DNA of 64,000 nt from Nitrosopumilus sp. (GCA_965224195.1 OZ245040.1:736001-800000); one strand, 5' to 3'; shown: positions 1 to 10,523, counted from the first letter of the stretch. Program-made: numbers and translations. Notes: generated by a model not told the origin, from the sequence alone.

Positions 1-270
1 TTGTTTTGCCTGTATGCTGATTTTATTGCACATCTGAGAATCTTTTTTCAAATTCCTTTCTGCTGCAGATTTTGGAATCTCCTGTGTGCAGATGATTTGG
101 AGCCATACCTTGAAGGCAGGTCAGGCCCATCTGCAGCCCGCAATCAGTACAAACATTATTGCATCAATTGTGGTCCTGTCGTCTGCACTTTGCCTGCCAG
201 CACTTGCCGGTCTTGGCAGATGTGGCCTTGTTGTGTTCCATTGCGAATCTGTCATTTCTGTGAATTTCAT
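1..270 (-). pseudogene. IS5-family transposase N-terminal part (DUF4096-like), frameshifted, runs off window start
   Basis: Minus-strand translation from ATG at 270: MKFTEMTDSQWNTTRPHLPRPASAGRQSADDRTTIDAIMFVLIAGCRWA, then a frameshift to DLPSRYGSKSSAHRRFQ. This matches the IS5/IS427 pattern TD.QW...GR...D.R..I.AI..VL..GC.W.DLP..YG. Confidence 0.75.
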
Positions 271-352
271 GAAAATGAGTGTTGGTGTTAATGCAGACAG
301 ATCCCGATGATCATCAAAATTTGCCTAAGCGGTTAGTTTTGGGATTAGTTGA

Positions 353-799
353 ATGTATGATCATCCTCTAAAATTCACTGCATCCAAAATTAGTGCTGGG
401 CGTATTGCATTACAAAATGTTTTGGTACATGGAGGAACTCCAGAAGAGGCACGTGATGCATTTGTTGATGCAGCTAAAATAACTAGGGCTGAGATGTTAT
501 CTGCAAATGGCATTTACAATATTCTAAATAATAATGCATACTATAACCAACAAATTCTTTTTAATACGGATGGTCATTTTGATTTAACTTTATCCGGTGA
601 ACAATTAAGAAAATATTATCAAGACTATAGAACAAATCCTGAATATCTAAAAGCAAATCCTTTTGATAAATTATCTTGGGAAGATTTGGGAAAAAATAAT
701 CCTGGAACTGAATGTAGGATTGGATTTGTTTTAGTATATGGAATAAATGTTGATGATTATGTTTGTACTACTGAATATACTGCAGAAATGTGGGTTTGA
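353..799 (+). CDS. hypothetical protein
   Basis: 148-aa ORF, host-like codon usage, no recognised motif. Confidence 0.6.
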   Translation: MYDHPLKFTASKISAGRIALQNVLVHGGTPEEARDAFVDAAKITRAEMLSANGIYNILNNNAYYNQQILFNTDGHFDLTLSGEQLRKYYQDYRTNPEYLKANPFDKLSWEDLGKNNPGTECRIGFVLVYGINVDDYVCTTEYTAEMWV

Positions 800-805
800 C
801 ATCAA

Positions 806-1267
806 ATGGGTACTATAGTTGATGAATCTTTTTCAGAAATAAAATCAATTGACATTGAAAAATTACAGAAAGATAGAGTTTTGAAAAAAGTGCATAATCT
901 AAATTCTAAAATTAATACAATGCAAGAACATCATGAAAAAAAATTAGTTGAAATAAAGCAGGATTATGAGGTCCTTTTCATTAAAACGAATGAAAAAATA
1001 ACTTTGGAAGAAAAACAGGCAATAGCAAAATATGGAAAATCTGACTCTAAAAAAATCACTCTTAGTAAGAACATTACAGATATTCGAGAAAAATATGCTG
1101 CACTAAAAGATGAGATGATGGATGAAAAATCTAGAATATTAAAAATTATGAATAAACAGTATCTACATGATATGGATGATTTTGCAAGTAATTACAAACA
1201 TGACTCTGAAATGAACCTATTTTGGAATTCTGAAGTGCCTATTTTTGAGATCAGTTTGAATGAGTAA
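806..1267 (+). CDS. hypothetical coiled-coil protein
   Basis: 153-aa K/E-rich ORF, 6 bp downstream of the previous gene. Confidence 0.6.
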   Translation: MGTIVDESFSEIKSIDIEKLQKDRVLKKVHNLNSKINTMQEHHEKKLVEIKQDYEVLFIKTNEKITLEEKQAIAKYGKSDSKKITLSKNITDIREKYAALKDEMMDEKSRILKIMNKQYLHDMDDFASNYKHDSEMNLFWNSEVPIFEISLNE

Positions 1268-1332
1268 TGATCATGTTTTTGTTAATTCTCCTTTAGCAAG
1301 ATTCTCTTAAAGTATGGTAAGGCTAGTTCATT

Positions 1333-1674
1333 ATGGTAAAATCTACAATAGAATTGCCAATTTTAAAAAAACCTACAGATGCAGAGTTGAAGAAACTCAA
1401 AGATTATTTTAAAGAAATGCCTGTGGTGGAAATTTTATCTGGTCTAAAATTTGCAAAGAATAGATGGTCTGCCAAAGACGCTGGAACTTTGAAGGTTGGA
1501 AGGAAAAGCATAGTTCAGAAAGAAGTTCACTCTGTTACTATTGAACAAGCGCAATGGAGATTAAAGAATTGGAAGATGATGATTGCTAATTATCGTAGAC
1601 GTGGGCATAGTTATCCTACTATTTCTAGAATAAAGAAAATTTTAATTCAAAAAAGCAAAAAGAGATCTAAATAA
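1333..1674 (+). CDS. basic hypothetical protein
   Basis: 113-aa Lys-rich ORF with a TATA-like element upstream. Confidence 0.65.
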   Translation: MVKSTIELPILKKPTDAELKKLKDYFKEMPVVEILSGLKFAKNRWSAKDAGTLKVGRKSIVQKEVHSVTIEQAQWRLKNWKMMIANYRRRGHSYPTISRIKKILIQKSKKRSK

Positions 1675-1677
1675 TTT

Positions 1678-2055
1678 CTAATTGAATTGAGTATTCCATT
1701 GATTCGACCATTTGCGAATAAGAAATACTGTTATGCTGTATTCTACTATTAGAATTAGTAAGAATATTGGTAATCCTGATGGATGATCTGTTCTAAATAT
1801 CATTTCTATCCAATTAATTTCCAAATCATCCATGTCTTCTGAAATATTTTCTTTATTGATTCCATTAATGTTGTATTCTGGAATTAAACTGGCATACATC
1901 GCACCTAATGACAATTCCACCATTATTGCTATCAGGAGATATTTTCTAAACTTCTTTATGTTGTAAGCTGCATGCCAATTCATAATTGGAATAAAACAAT
2001 AGATTGTTTGTCTTGTCAAGCTTACAGGGCCATTGGCAGGCATAAAATCATGCAT
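1678..2055 (-). CDS. hypothetical membrane protein
   Basis: Two hydrophobic segments; W..Q.N C-terminal motif also seen in 19243..19848. Confidence 0.6.
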   Translation of the reverse strand: MHDFMPANGPVSLTRQTIYCFIPIMNWHAAYNIKKFRKYLLIAIMVELSLGAMYASLIPEYNINGINKENISEDMDDLEINWIEMIFRTDHPSGLPIFLLILIVEYSITVFLIRKWSNQWNTQFN

Positions 2056-2107
2056 TTCTGATTACTATTTAGTATTGCTAAAGATTTCTTCTAAAAAATA
2101 AAATAGG

Positions 2108-3402
2108 TTATTGGGTCCATCCCCAATTAACTAATTTTTGAACACTAGGTGCTTTAACACAAGCTGGTCCGCCAGATGGTTTAAACATTAATTCCATTGA
2201 TGCTTTACATTCAATATCTTCTGGTTGTACTCCTTCTTTGATCTGTTTTAATGGAGCTAAAGATGTATCTTCTGTATTGGAATCTTCCATAGATGGCGTT
2301 TCATCTGGCTTGTTTTGATCATCGGTTTCCATGGATAAAGTTTCATCTAATTCTACAACTATTGCTGAATCACTTCCAAAAACTTCTTCCATATGTTCTG
2401 AATCTGTAGATTCTACGCCACCCAGTATTTCAAACTCTTTGATGATATCATCAGCTAGTAATGTAACTTCTGATGGATCTACCTTTTGATCATATGCTAA
2501 CCAAATTTCAACATAGGTATCATCAACATCTCCAGAAGTTTCAATATCGTTTCTTATCTCTTCAAAGATTTGCTGTGATCTCCAAATGAATGCTGAACCG
2601 TCTTGAAATTCTGCTGCTTCTACAATCATTCCATCCTCAATTGCCTCCATATACTCGACTTTGGATGTTTCAAGTAAACCGTTGATTAATTGTGCTTTAA
2701 ACGATGAATCATTACTGAGTTCATCTCCAATTACAATATCTCTTGCTTCTTGAATAATTTCTTTTGCATCATCAATTGCAGACTGTGCATCACTTCTGGT
2801 GACTCCTGTACTTGCTTTATCCTTTAATTCAAACAATGTTTGTTCTAGTTTTGCTTTGAATTCTGGATTATCTTCCAGATGAGTACTCATAGTTTCAAAT
2901 AATTCTGAAATTGGATGTGTTGCATGAACTAATGCTAGTTCAGAATTGGCTTCATCAAGATTCATTTCTAATGCCCAAAAATGCCCTAATGTCTCCTCAA
3001 GTGTTCCTGCAAATTCTAATTTTAAATCTCTATCAGAATCTGCAAAAGCTAATGGGGTGCTCATTAGAACGGATTTGCTTGTACTATGTTCCTAGTATAG
3101 CGGGGCTTTCCGCCAACACGTTCCCCGCTAGTGCTCATTAGAACGGATTTGCTTGTACTATGTTCCTCTGAATGATCATTCATTGGAACGCTTGTAGAAC
3201 TTCTAAATGCGGTAGACCAGCTATCTTGATATGCTGCTTTTCCACCTGGGTAATCTGAACATAACGTTAATCCACAGATATCGGTACTTCCTGATGCACC
3301 ATTTTTACTTTTTAATGCACCAGCATCTGAAACAAAATTTGTTCCAAAAACTCCAACAACCAGGATTACTGCCATGATAATTACCAGACTTTTGTTTGTC
3401 AT
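2108..3402 (-). pseudogene. secreted acidic thaumarchaeal protein split into two ORFs (3064..3402 and 2108..3064) by a 74-bp insertion
   Basis: Removing one 37-bp repeat copy plus the 37-bp insert gives a single 1221-bp frame: signal peptide...SKSVLMSTPLAFADSD..., ending in the APLKQ...C...PAC...GW motif. Confidence 0.75.
3057..3167. repeat. 37-bp perfect direct repeat (3057-3093, 3131-3167) flanking a 37-bp GC-rich insert with an 8-bp inverted repeat
   Basis: GTGCTCATTAGAACGGATTTGCTTGTACTATGTTCCT occurs twice around AGTATAGCGGGGCTTTCCGCCAACACGTTCCCCGCTA. Confidence 0.95.
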
Positions 3403-3500
3403 GAAGTTCAGAAATAATTGGCATATTTAATCGTGGACATTTTTCTATACTGTCATTACAAGTCTATGGAATGAGAGTGGAATATTGAATTATATTTTTT

Positions 3501-4151
3501 CTAGATGAAGATGTCTGTTTTCTTCTCAACAATTTGTTGTTTGAGTGAATCTGGTATGTCTGGAATTGAAGATTTTGTCTGTCCAGCAATTGCACTGTGT
3601 GCTTCTTCTAGAATTGCCAATGTGTCTGCATTTGTTTCTGGCACCATACTCATACTATCTCCAACTCCAACTGATGAACCGGACATAACATCTCCTAGTA
3701 TTTGTGACAAATCTTGCATGGATGCATTTGCTTCAGGTATAATTCCACTAAGTGATGGACTTAATCCCTTAATTATTGCCATACATGGACTGAGTGTTAC
3801 TACTACATCTCCTAATTCTGACACCGTATCTAATCTAAGTTTAACTTGTTCCATAGATAACTTTGCTCCACCAACCATATTCTTCATTTTTCTAACTTGA
3901 GCTAATTCTCCAGCATATGCTTGAGCATATCCTGTCTTGTTATTTCTTTGTGCATTTACTATTTTTTCAAAAATCACATCATGTTTTTTTTGTAATTTTT
4001 CATTAATTCCGTCTAATTTTGAAATCTGAGATTGTAATTTTCTTTGTGCAAAATCAATTTTGTTTTTTAATGGCTCATCAGGCTTTACTTTACTTATTAC
4101 TTTTTGAGAAATACTTTCTCCTTCTGTTTTGTTCCAAGAGTTACTGATCAT
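3501..4151 (-). CDS. cdvB: ESCRT-III / Snf7-family cell division protein (CdvB paralog)
   Basis: Snf7 helical pattern: AQAYAGELAQVRKM, KLSMEQVKLRLDTVSELGDVVVTLSP. Confidence 0.85.
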   Translation of the reverse strand: MISNSWNKTEGESISQKVISKVKPDEPLKNKIDFAQRKLQSQISKLDGINEKLQKKHDVIFEKIVNAQRNNKTGYAQAYAGELAQVRKMKNMVGGAKLSMEQVKLRLDTVSELGDVVVTLSPCMAIIKGLSPSLSGIIPEANASMQDLSQILGDVMSGSSVGVGDSMSMVPETNADTLAILEEAHSAIAGQTKSSIPDIPDSLKQQIVEKKTDIFI

Positions 4152-4241
4152 GTCTGAACCAAATTATGGTTGTTTTTTTTGCTTTAAACAGAGTTGTCAC
4201 TTTGGGTAGTGTCACTGGAGTTACACAAGTATGCAGTTACA

Positions 4242-5351
4242 CTATCCAAAGGTAAATGTGAACATTTGAAAGCCTTTGCCTTTTACTTTAATCTCAATTA
4301 GATGAGTAGAACTCGTATCACTATTGATGATATTGTACAATCCTGGTCCTGTTACATGTAGCATGTTATCCTTTACAATATCCTTTCCTGAATATTCTGA
4401 CGGTAATGGTTCTCCATCTAGTAGTATTTCTAATTCTGCAGAATTCTCAGTTACAATATTTACTTCTTTAGCATTGTAAAGTAACTTGATAGTTCCTGTT
4501 TCTGAAATTAATTCCATGCCATCATCATAATTTTTCCAATCTCCTATTGGATAGAATTTATGCAAGTCTATACTTTCTGGTTCAGAATATGAGATGGTTT
4601 TTCCTGGTTGAAATCCTTCTTCACTGCCTAATTGATTTCTATTTTGTGCAAACTTGTAACCAAAATATAGTTCGGGAGTTCTAAACAATGAATGTTCAAA
4701 CTCTTCAATATCTACAAGAGATGTTGATGGTGCCGTCTGAATCCCTAATGCTGTAGATCTTTCTTCCAATAATTTCTGAATAACTTTCTCTGTTTCTTGA
4801 TAGCTTCCCTCTCCAATATGATCATATCTGATATGCCCTTCATGGTCTGCAATGTATTTTCTTGGCCAATATCTATTTTCAAATGCTTTCCAAGTTTCCA
4901 TGTCGTTATCTAATACAACTGGATAGCTAATTCCATGTTTTTCAATTGCCATTTTTACATTTTCAGGATCTTTTTCAAATTCAAATTCAGGTGAATGAAT
5001 TCCTACAATAAGTAACCCTTGGTCTGAATATTTGTCATCCCATGCAGTAATGTATGGTAATGTTCTAACACAATTAATACAACTGTATGTCCAAACATCA
5101 TACAGAACAACCCTACCTTCTATCTCTTTAGATAATTCTTCTGGTGTGGTGTTTAGATATCTAGCAATTCCTACTAATTTTGGAGCTTTTTTGAATCCTG
5201 ACTTGTCAATTTCTGAAAATGAATTCGTATCTGTAAATGTGGTAGATGATTGCACTTCTTGATCTAATGATGAAAAAATCACACCTACAACGCCTAGTCC
5301 TGAGGCTATTATGATTCCAAAGATTAATCCTGTTTTTATTTCTGAATTCAT
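4242..5351 (-). CDS. membrane-anchored redoxin (DipZ C-terminal-like thioredoxin)
   Basis: WTYSCINCVRT CxxC motif, GIHSPEFEFEK, TPELYFGY. Confidence 0.85.
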   Translation of the reverse strand: MNSEIKTGLIFGIIIASGLGVVGVIFSSLDQEVQSSTTFTDTNSFSEIDKSGFKKAPKLVGIARYLNTTPEELSKEIEGRVVLYDVWTYSCINCVRTLPYITAWDDKYSDQGLLIVGIHSPEFEFEKDPENVKMAIEKHGISYPVVLDNDMETWKAFENRYWPRKYIADHEGHIRYDHIGEGSYQETEKVIQKLLEERSTALGIQTAPSTSLVDIEEFEHSLFRTPELYFGYKFAQNRNQLGSEEGFQPGKTISYSEPESIDLHKFYPIGDWKNYDDGMELISETGTIKLLYNAKEVNIVTENSAELEILLDGEPLPSEYSGKDIVKDNMLHVTGPGLYNIINSDTSSTHLIEIKVKGKGFQMFTFTFG

Positions 5352-5355
5352 AAGA

Positions 5356-6087
5356 TCACCCTAGTAGTACCAGCTCGTTAAGAAGTGGAAAGTTTGCAAT
5401 ATATGCAAGTTGATTTGTAAATACTAGAATTCCTAATACTATTATGAATGCACCCAAAATTACATTATAATATTTTAGATGTTTTGACATTGAACGAATT
5501 ATCTTTGTGGCTCTAGAGAAAAAGATTCCTATCAAAATGAATGGAATTCCTAATCCTAATGAATATGCTAGCAATAAACTAAACGAAATTGATGGTGTGG
5601 TGGCAGCTAAAGTAAGAATTGTTCCAAGTATTGGTCCAACACATGGTGTCCATCCTGCGGCAAATGCTAAACCAAATGCAAATGACATTGGATAGCTTGA
5701 TTTTGAATTTTTAGGGAAAAATTTCTTTTCTACATTTAATGAACGAATTTTTGTAGACAATAACAAAAATATTCCAAATGAAACAATGATGATCCCTCCT
5801 ACCATGTTTAGGCTTTCTGTAAAGTCGCTTGCTGCATTGGAAAGAACACTGTTGATTAAGACTCCCAGTATGGAAAATACTACTGAAAAACCTAACACAA
5901 AAAATACCGTATTTAGAACAATGTTTGTTCTATTGATGGAGAGAACTGTTCCATTTTTAGAACCTAATTCTGACACTGTTGTTCCTGATATGTAAGCTAG
6001 AAAAGCTGGGATCATTGGTAAAATACAAGGTGCAACAAACGAACCCAATCCTGCAAGTAATGCTACCAGAATAGTGGGGTCTGCCAT
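5356..6087 (-). CDS. ccdA: CcdA/DsbD-family transmembrane disulfide interchange protein
   Basis: SFVAPCILPMIP and GWTPCVGPILG motifs, six TM segments. Confidence 0.9.
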   Translation of the reverse strand: MADPTILVALLAGLGSFVAPCILPMIPAFLAYISGTTVSELGSKNGTVLSINRTNIVLNTVFFVLGFSVVFSILGVLINSVLSNAASDFTESLNMVGGIIIVSFGIFLLLSTKIRSLNVEKKFFPKNSKSSYPMSFAFGLAFAAGWTPCVGPILGTILTLAATTPSISFSLLLAYSLGLGIPFILIGIFFSRATKIIRSMSKHLKYYNVILGAFIIVLGILVFTNQLAYIANFPLLNELVLLG

Positions 6088-6182
6088 ATCGTCAATTTGT
6101 AATTTTTCCTTTAAAGCATTCTTCCAATTTTGTCCCTAATCTTCTATAATCACTTTTTAACTGGGAGGTGACTGATTTTGAT

Positions 6183-6287
6183 ATGAATAAACGATTTGTC
6201 ATTGTTGGAGTGACTTTAGGAATCATAGTTGTTATTGCAGTAATTATTGGCTCACCTGCAATTGGTGGCTTTGATGCAATGCGCTAG
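6183..6287 (+). CDS. small single-TM protein (34 aa)
   Basis: MNKRFVIVGVTLGIIVVIAVIIGSPAIGGFDAMR; TATA-like TTTTTAA about 25 bp upstream. Confidence 0.5.
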   Translation: MNKRFVIVGVTLGIIVVIAVIIGSPAIGGFDAMR

Positions 6288-7426
6288 TCGCTAAATTTTT
6301 TGTAGGCTTTTTCAAAAATTTCTAGTGAATTTTCAATCTCAGTGCCTGATAGCCATGAAGTAACTGAAATTCTCAATCTTGCTTGGTTTTTTGGAACTGT
6401 TGGGTATCTAATTGGTTGGGCAAATATACCATTATCAAACAAAAATTTCCCAAATTCTATTGCCTGTTTTTCATCTCCTACAATAATTGGTATGATTTGA
6501 CTGGATGAATTTATTTCAAAACCTAATTGTTTAAGACCTTTTGTGAGTTGTTTTATGTTTTTTACTAATTTTCTTTTTTGCTTTTCTCTATTTGATTGGA
6601 ATCTTTTGAATGAATACTCTACCAAAAAAGATGGCAAGGCTGAAGTATAGATGAAAGATTTTGATTTATTGACACATAAATCAATTACATTGTTATGAGA
6701 TGAAACATATCCTCCAAATGATCCTAATCCTTTACTCAAACTACTGATATACAAATCAATTTTCTTTGCAACTTTAAAATGGTCTGGTGTTCCTTTTCCA
6801 TCTTTACCTATTACAAAATCCCCATGTGCATCGTCTACTATTGTGATTGCATTTGATTTGTTTGAAATTTCTGTAATTTGTTTTAATGGTGCTAGATCAC
6901 CATCCATGCTAAAAATTCCTTCAGTTATTATAAATTTATTTTTTCCTTTTTGTTTTATTTTCTTATTCAAATCTTGTATGTCATTATGTTTGTAAATTGA
7001 AACTTTAGCATCTGTTAGCTTGCATGATTCAATTATACTTGCATGGTTAAATTCATCACTAAGAATCAAGTCTCCTTTTTTTGTAACTGCAGAAATGGTA
7101 CCCAAATTTGCCATGTACCCTGTAGGGTAGATTAAAGAATTTTGATGTGACTTGTGTTTTGCTAGTGCTTTTTCTAATTTTCCATATGACTCATCATTTC
7201 CTGAAACTAGTCTGGAACTTGATTGTAATTGTTTGATTTGAATTTTTGTAGTTGGTATGCCCAAATAATCATTTGAGCACAAGTTGAGAAGCTGTTTGTT
7301 ATTGATAGTTATTTTTGAACCGTTGGCTATACCATATCTCATTTTACGATAAAGATTTTTTTCTTTCAGATTTTCCAATTCTGAATCTACAAAGTTCAGT
7401 TTACGCTTGGAGGCCAATTTTTTCAA
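6284..7426 (-). CDS. bioF: 8-amino-7-oxononanoate synthase
   Basis: NLCSNDYLG, NHASII, DDAHG, SLSKGLGSFGG (PLP lysine). Confidence 0.93.
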   Translation of the reverse strand: MKKLASKRKLNFVDSELENLKEKNLYRKMRYGIANGSKITINNKQLLNLCSNDYLGIPTTKIQIKQLQSSSRLVSGNDESYGKLEKALAKHKSHQNSLIYPTGYMANLGTISAVTKKGDLILSDEFNHASIIESCKLTDAKVSIYKHNDIQDLNKKIKQKGKNKFIITEGIFSMDGDLAPLKQITEISNKSNAITIVDDAHGDFVIGKDGKGTPDHFKVAKKIDLYISSLSKGLGSFGGYVSSHNNVIDLCVNKSKSFIYTSALPSFLVEYSFKRFQSNREKQKRKLVKNIKQLTKGLKQLGFEINSSSQIIPIIVGDEKQAIEFGKFLFDNGIFAQPIRYPTVPKNQARLRISVTSWLSGTEIENSLEIFEKAYKKFSD

Positions 7427-8378
7427 TCATTTTACGGTCTTTTTCAGCCTCATTTCCATCCATGGTGAGGTATCCTGCAGTAATTATTCCATTTGCTCCA
7501 CTTTGCAGTAATTCTTCTCCAGAATCATCAAGATTCGTTTCACGTCCACCAGAAATTTTGATAACTGACTCAGGCAATAGGAATCGGATCACAGAAAACA
7601 TCCTGACAATTTCCGAATTTGGTAAGTCTGCTTGTAATTCTAATGGTGTTCCTGGAACTGGAACTAGAATGTTTATTGTTACTTCTTCGGGATATAGTCT
7701 AGCTAACTCTAATGCTAATTCTAATCTTTGTTCTCGTGTTTCTCCTAATCCTATGATTCCACCAGTGCATAATTCTAGTCCAGCTTCTCTTGCGATGTCT
7801 AGTGTTTTTAATCTGTCTTCGTATATGTGTGTTGTACATATTTCAGAAAATTTTGATTTTGCAGTCTCTAGATTATGGTTATATCTTTTCACTTTGAGTT
7901 CTTTTAGTTTTTTTGCTTGTTCAGGTGTAAGAAAACCCAAACTGCATTCAACACTAATCCCTACTTTATCATTAATTTCTGTAATGATTTTGCAAACCTT
8001 TTGAAAATCTGTAGTAGATGGTTCTCTCCATGCTGCAACAAGACAATATGACTCTGCCCCTTCTTCTTTTGCTTTTTTTGCTTTGCTTACTACTTCTTCT
8101 GGTGTTGGTAATTGATATGATTCTATTCCTGTATCAAAAAATGCGGATTGTCCACAAAATGTACAGTCTTCACTACATGCATTTTTTTTAATATTGTTTA
8201 ACTGTTCAACATCAACTTTATCCCCATTAAAATCTCGAGTAATTTCATTTGCACATTTTGCCAAATCTTTAAGATTCTCCTCAGGAATATCTAGTAATTT
8301 TTTTGCATCTTCCACTGTTATGTGATTTCCTGAAAATACCTTTTCTTGGCACTCTTTGATAAATTCCAGAGCACTCAT
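7401..8378 (-). CDS. bioB: biotin synthase
   Basis: Radical SAM CSEDCTFC motif, YNHNLET, GGIIGLGE. Confidence 0.96.
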   Translation of the reverse strand: MSALEFIKECQEKVFSGNHITVEDAKKLLDIPEENLKDLAKCANEITRDFNGDKVDVEQLNNIKKNACSEDCTFCGQSAFFDTGIESYQLPTPEEVVSKAKKAKEEGAESYCLVAAWREPSTTDFQKVCKIITEINDKVGISVECSLGFLTPEQAKKLKELKVKRYNHNLETAKSKFSEICTTHIYEDRLKTLDIAREAGLELCTGGIIGLGETREQRLELALELARLYPEEVTINILVPVPGTPLELQADLPNSEIVRMFSVIRFLLPESVIKISGGRETNLDDSGEELLQSGANGIITAGYLTMDGNEAEKDRKMIEKIGLQA

Positions 8379-8418
8379 AATTTTATTAAAATAATTCTAT
8401 TTTATAACATTACTGGAA

Positions 8419-8450
8419 AGGTTAACCCCAACTGGATGGGGGGTTAACAG
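8419..8450. promoter_or_regulatory. putative BirA operator upstream of bioB
   Basis: GTTAAC-N16-GTTAAC palindrome (8421-8448) next to the bioB TATA box; fits the BirA consensus TGTtAAC-N14-16-GTTaACA. Confidence 0.6.
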
Positions 8451-9767
8451 TCAAATCACCTTTGGTTTTGCAGATTTGATTGTAGATATTGTTCTTTTTA
8501 GGAGTAAATCTAACTCTGATTCAGATATTGCCAATGGGGGTACAAGCATGACTATGTTCCCCAGTGTTCTAAGATAGATTCCATTCTTTTTCCCTTCCTC
8601 AAAGAAAATTTTGTTTATGGACTTTTTAGGTGCAATTGGTATTTTTTTTGATTTATCCTTTACCAGTTCAATCCCCATGAGCATTCCTTTGTGTCTAATA
8701 TCTCCTACAATGTCTATCTCTGAAATTTCGTTATAATATTTTCCAAATATTTTAGATGTTTTTTGAATTTTTTTAATCAAATTATTTTTCTTGTACATTT
8801 TGAGATTCTCATATGCTACTGCAGCAGCAATTGGATTTCCAGTATACGTATGTCCATGGAATAGATGTTTCCAATCATTAAACTCTCCTAAAAATGAATC
8901 ATAAATTTTCTTATTTGTTAATGTTGCAGCCATTGTTAAATATCCTCCAGTTAACATTTTCCCATATGCTACAATATCTGGAGTGCTTTTTTGTTCTTCA
9001 TACTGAGCCATTGATCCCAATCTACCAAATCCCGTTGCTATTTCATCCAAAACAAGTAACACCCCATATTTTTTACACAGTTGACTGATCTTTTTCTGAA
9101 ATCCTTTAGGATAAATTATAACACCTCCTGCAACCTGTGCCCCACTTTCCATTACAAATGCTGCAATGCTGTCTTTTTTAGCAAATTTTTTTTCAATTTT
9201 ATCTAAACAATAATTTTGATAGTCTGTTAAAGTAAATTCTTTTGGCATTCTGTATTTGTTTGGAGCTGGAAATTGTATTGTTGAAAATAATTGTTTTTTA
9301 AATTTACCAAAAAATTCTGGAACATATCCCACAGACATTGCACCAAAGGTATCTCCATGATATCCATTTTGTAACGTTGCAATTTCTATTTTCTTTTTAT
9401 TACCCATATTTTTCCAATATTGTAATGCTATTTTGATTGCAATTTCCATTGCAGATGAACCATTATCTGAATAAAATACCTTGTACATTCTAGGCGATAT
9501 CTTTACAAGACTATCTGCAAGTTTTTCTACAGGTTCTGTTGTTAGGTTAAACTGTGATGAATGCTGCACTTTCTTGCTTTGTTGATTAATGGATTTGATT
9601 AGTTGTGAGTTTGAATGTCCCCATACGTTACACCACATTGAGGCTACACCGTCTATCATTTTGTTACCTTTAGAATCTGTTAACCATACTCCTTTTGCAC
9701 CAGTAATTTCTGTAAATTCTCTCCATTCTTTCATCTGGGTGTTTGGGTGCCAAACAGAACTTTTCAA
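8451..9767 (-). CDS. bioA: adenosylmethionine-8-amino-7-oxononanoate aminotransferase
   Basis: VWHPNTQM, YHGDTFGAM, DEIATGFGR, GKMLTGGY, HGHTYTGNP. Confidence 0.95.
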   Translation of the reverse strand: MKSSVWHPNTQMKEWREFTEITGAKGVWLTDSKGNKMIDGVASMWCNVWGHSNSQLIKSINQQSKKVQHSSQFNLTTEPVEKLADSLVKISPRMYKVFYSDNGSSAMEIAIKIALQYWKNMGNKKKIEIATLQNGYHGDTFGAMSVGYVPEFFGKFKKQLFSTIQFPAPNKYRMPKEFTLTDYQNYCLDKIEKKFAKKDSIAAFVMESGAQVAGGVIIYPKGFQKKISQLCKKYGVLLVLDEIATGFGRLGSMAQYEEQKSTPDIVAYGKMLTGGYLTMAATLTNKKIYDSFLGEFNDWKHLFHGHTYTGNPIAAAVAYENLKMYKKNNLIKKIQKTSKIFGKYYNEISEIDIVGDIRHKGMLMGIELVKDKSKKIPIAPKKSINKIFFEEGKKNGIYLRTLGNIVMLVPPLAISESELDLLLKRTISTIKSAKPKVI

Positions 9768-9836
9768 CGGATTTTGTATAGTTTCAGATCTTAATAATTA
9801 ACCGATGAATTAATCAATGAATTATTCTAAAGATTT

Positions 9837-10523
9837 TTGTTGAAATCTCTCTTTATCACAGGAACTGACACTGATGTTGGGAAAACCTACATCACAGCGG
9901 GGCTTGCAGTTGTACTTCAAAAAATGAATGTAGATGTCGGTGTGATGAAGCCATTTGCGGCAGGATCTGCTGAAAAAAAAGGGTACAAATCTGAAGACAT
10001 TAAGATATTATCTCGTGCAGCACAAGTATGTGATCCTGAAAAATTAGTAAATCCCTATTTTTCCCCAATTCCTGCATCCCCATACACTGCATGGAAGAGA
10101 CTAAAAACAAAACCAAGAATTTCTACTATTCTATCTAGCTTTAAAAAATTAACAAAACTTCACGACATGATTCTAGTAGAGGGAATGGGCGGAATCATGA
10201 CTCCTATTCTCAAAGACTATTACATTACAAACTTGATTAAAGAAATGAAAATTTCCACAGTAATTGTAACTAGAAGTAAAGTTGGAACTGTAAATCATAC
10301 TATAATGACAGTAAAGATGTGTGAAAAATACAAAATTCCTGTTAAGGGAATTATAATTAATGATTTTGATAATGGTTATGCAGTTAAAGACTTGACTCGT
10401 GACTTGGAAAATCTTACTGGTGTGCCTGTTTTAGGTTCTATTCCTTTTATCAAAAATATGAGTAATGCATCATTATTTAAAATTTTTAAAAAGAATCTTG
10501 ATTTAAAATTACTATTAAAATAA
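9837..10523 (+). CDS. bioD: dethiobiotin synthase
   Basis: FITGTDTDVGKT P-loop, VEGMGG, GTVNHT. Confidence 0.95.
   Translation: MLKSLFITGTDTDVGKTYITAGLAVVLQKMNVDVGVMKPFAAGSAEKKGYKSEDIKILSRAAQVCDPEKLVNPYFSPIPASPYTAWKRLKTKPRISTILSSFKKLTKLHDMILVEGMGGIMTPILKDYYITNLIKEMKISTVIVTRSKVGTVNHTIMTVKMCEKYKIPVKGIIINDFDNGYAVKDLTRDLENLTGVPVLGSIPFIKNMSNASLFKIFKKNLDLKLLLK

Noticed and set aside
1-310. Plus-strand ORFs 1..291 and 86..310
   Set aside because: Antisense to the IS5 transposase remnant
7315-8004. 229-aa plus-strand ORF and similar antisense ORFs over ureC, ureG, dnaG and the transporter
   Set aside because: Shadow frames of well-supported genes on the opposite strand
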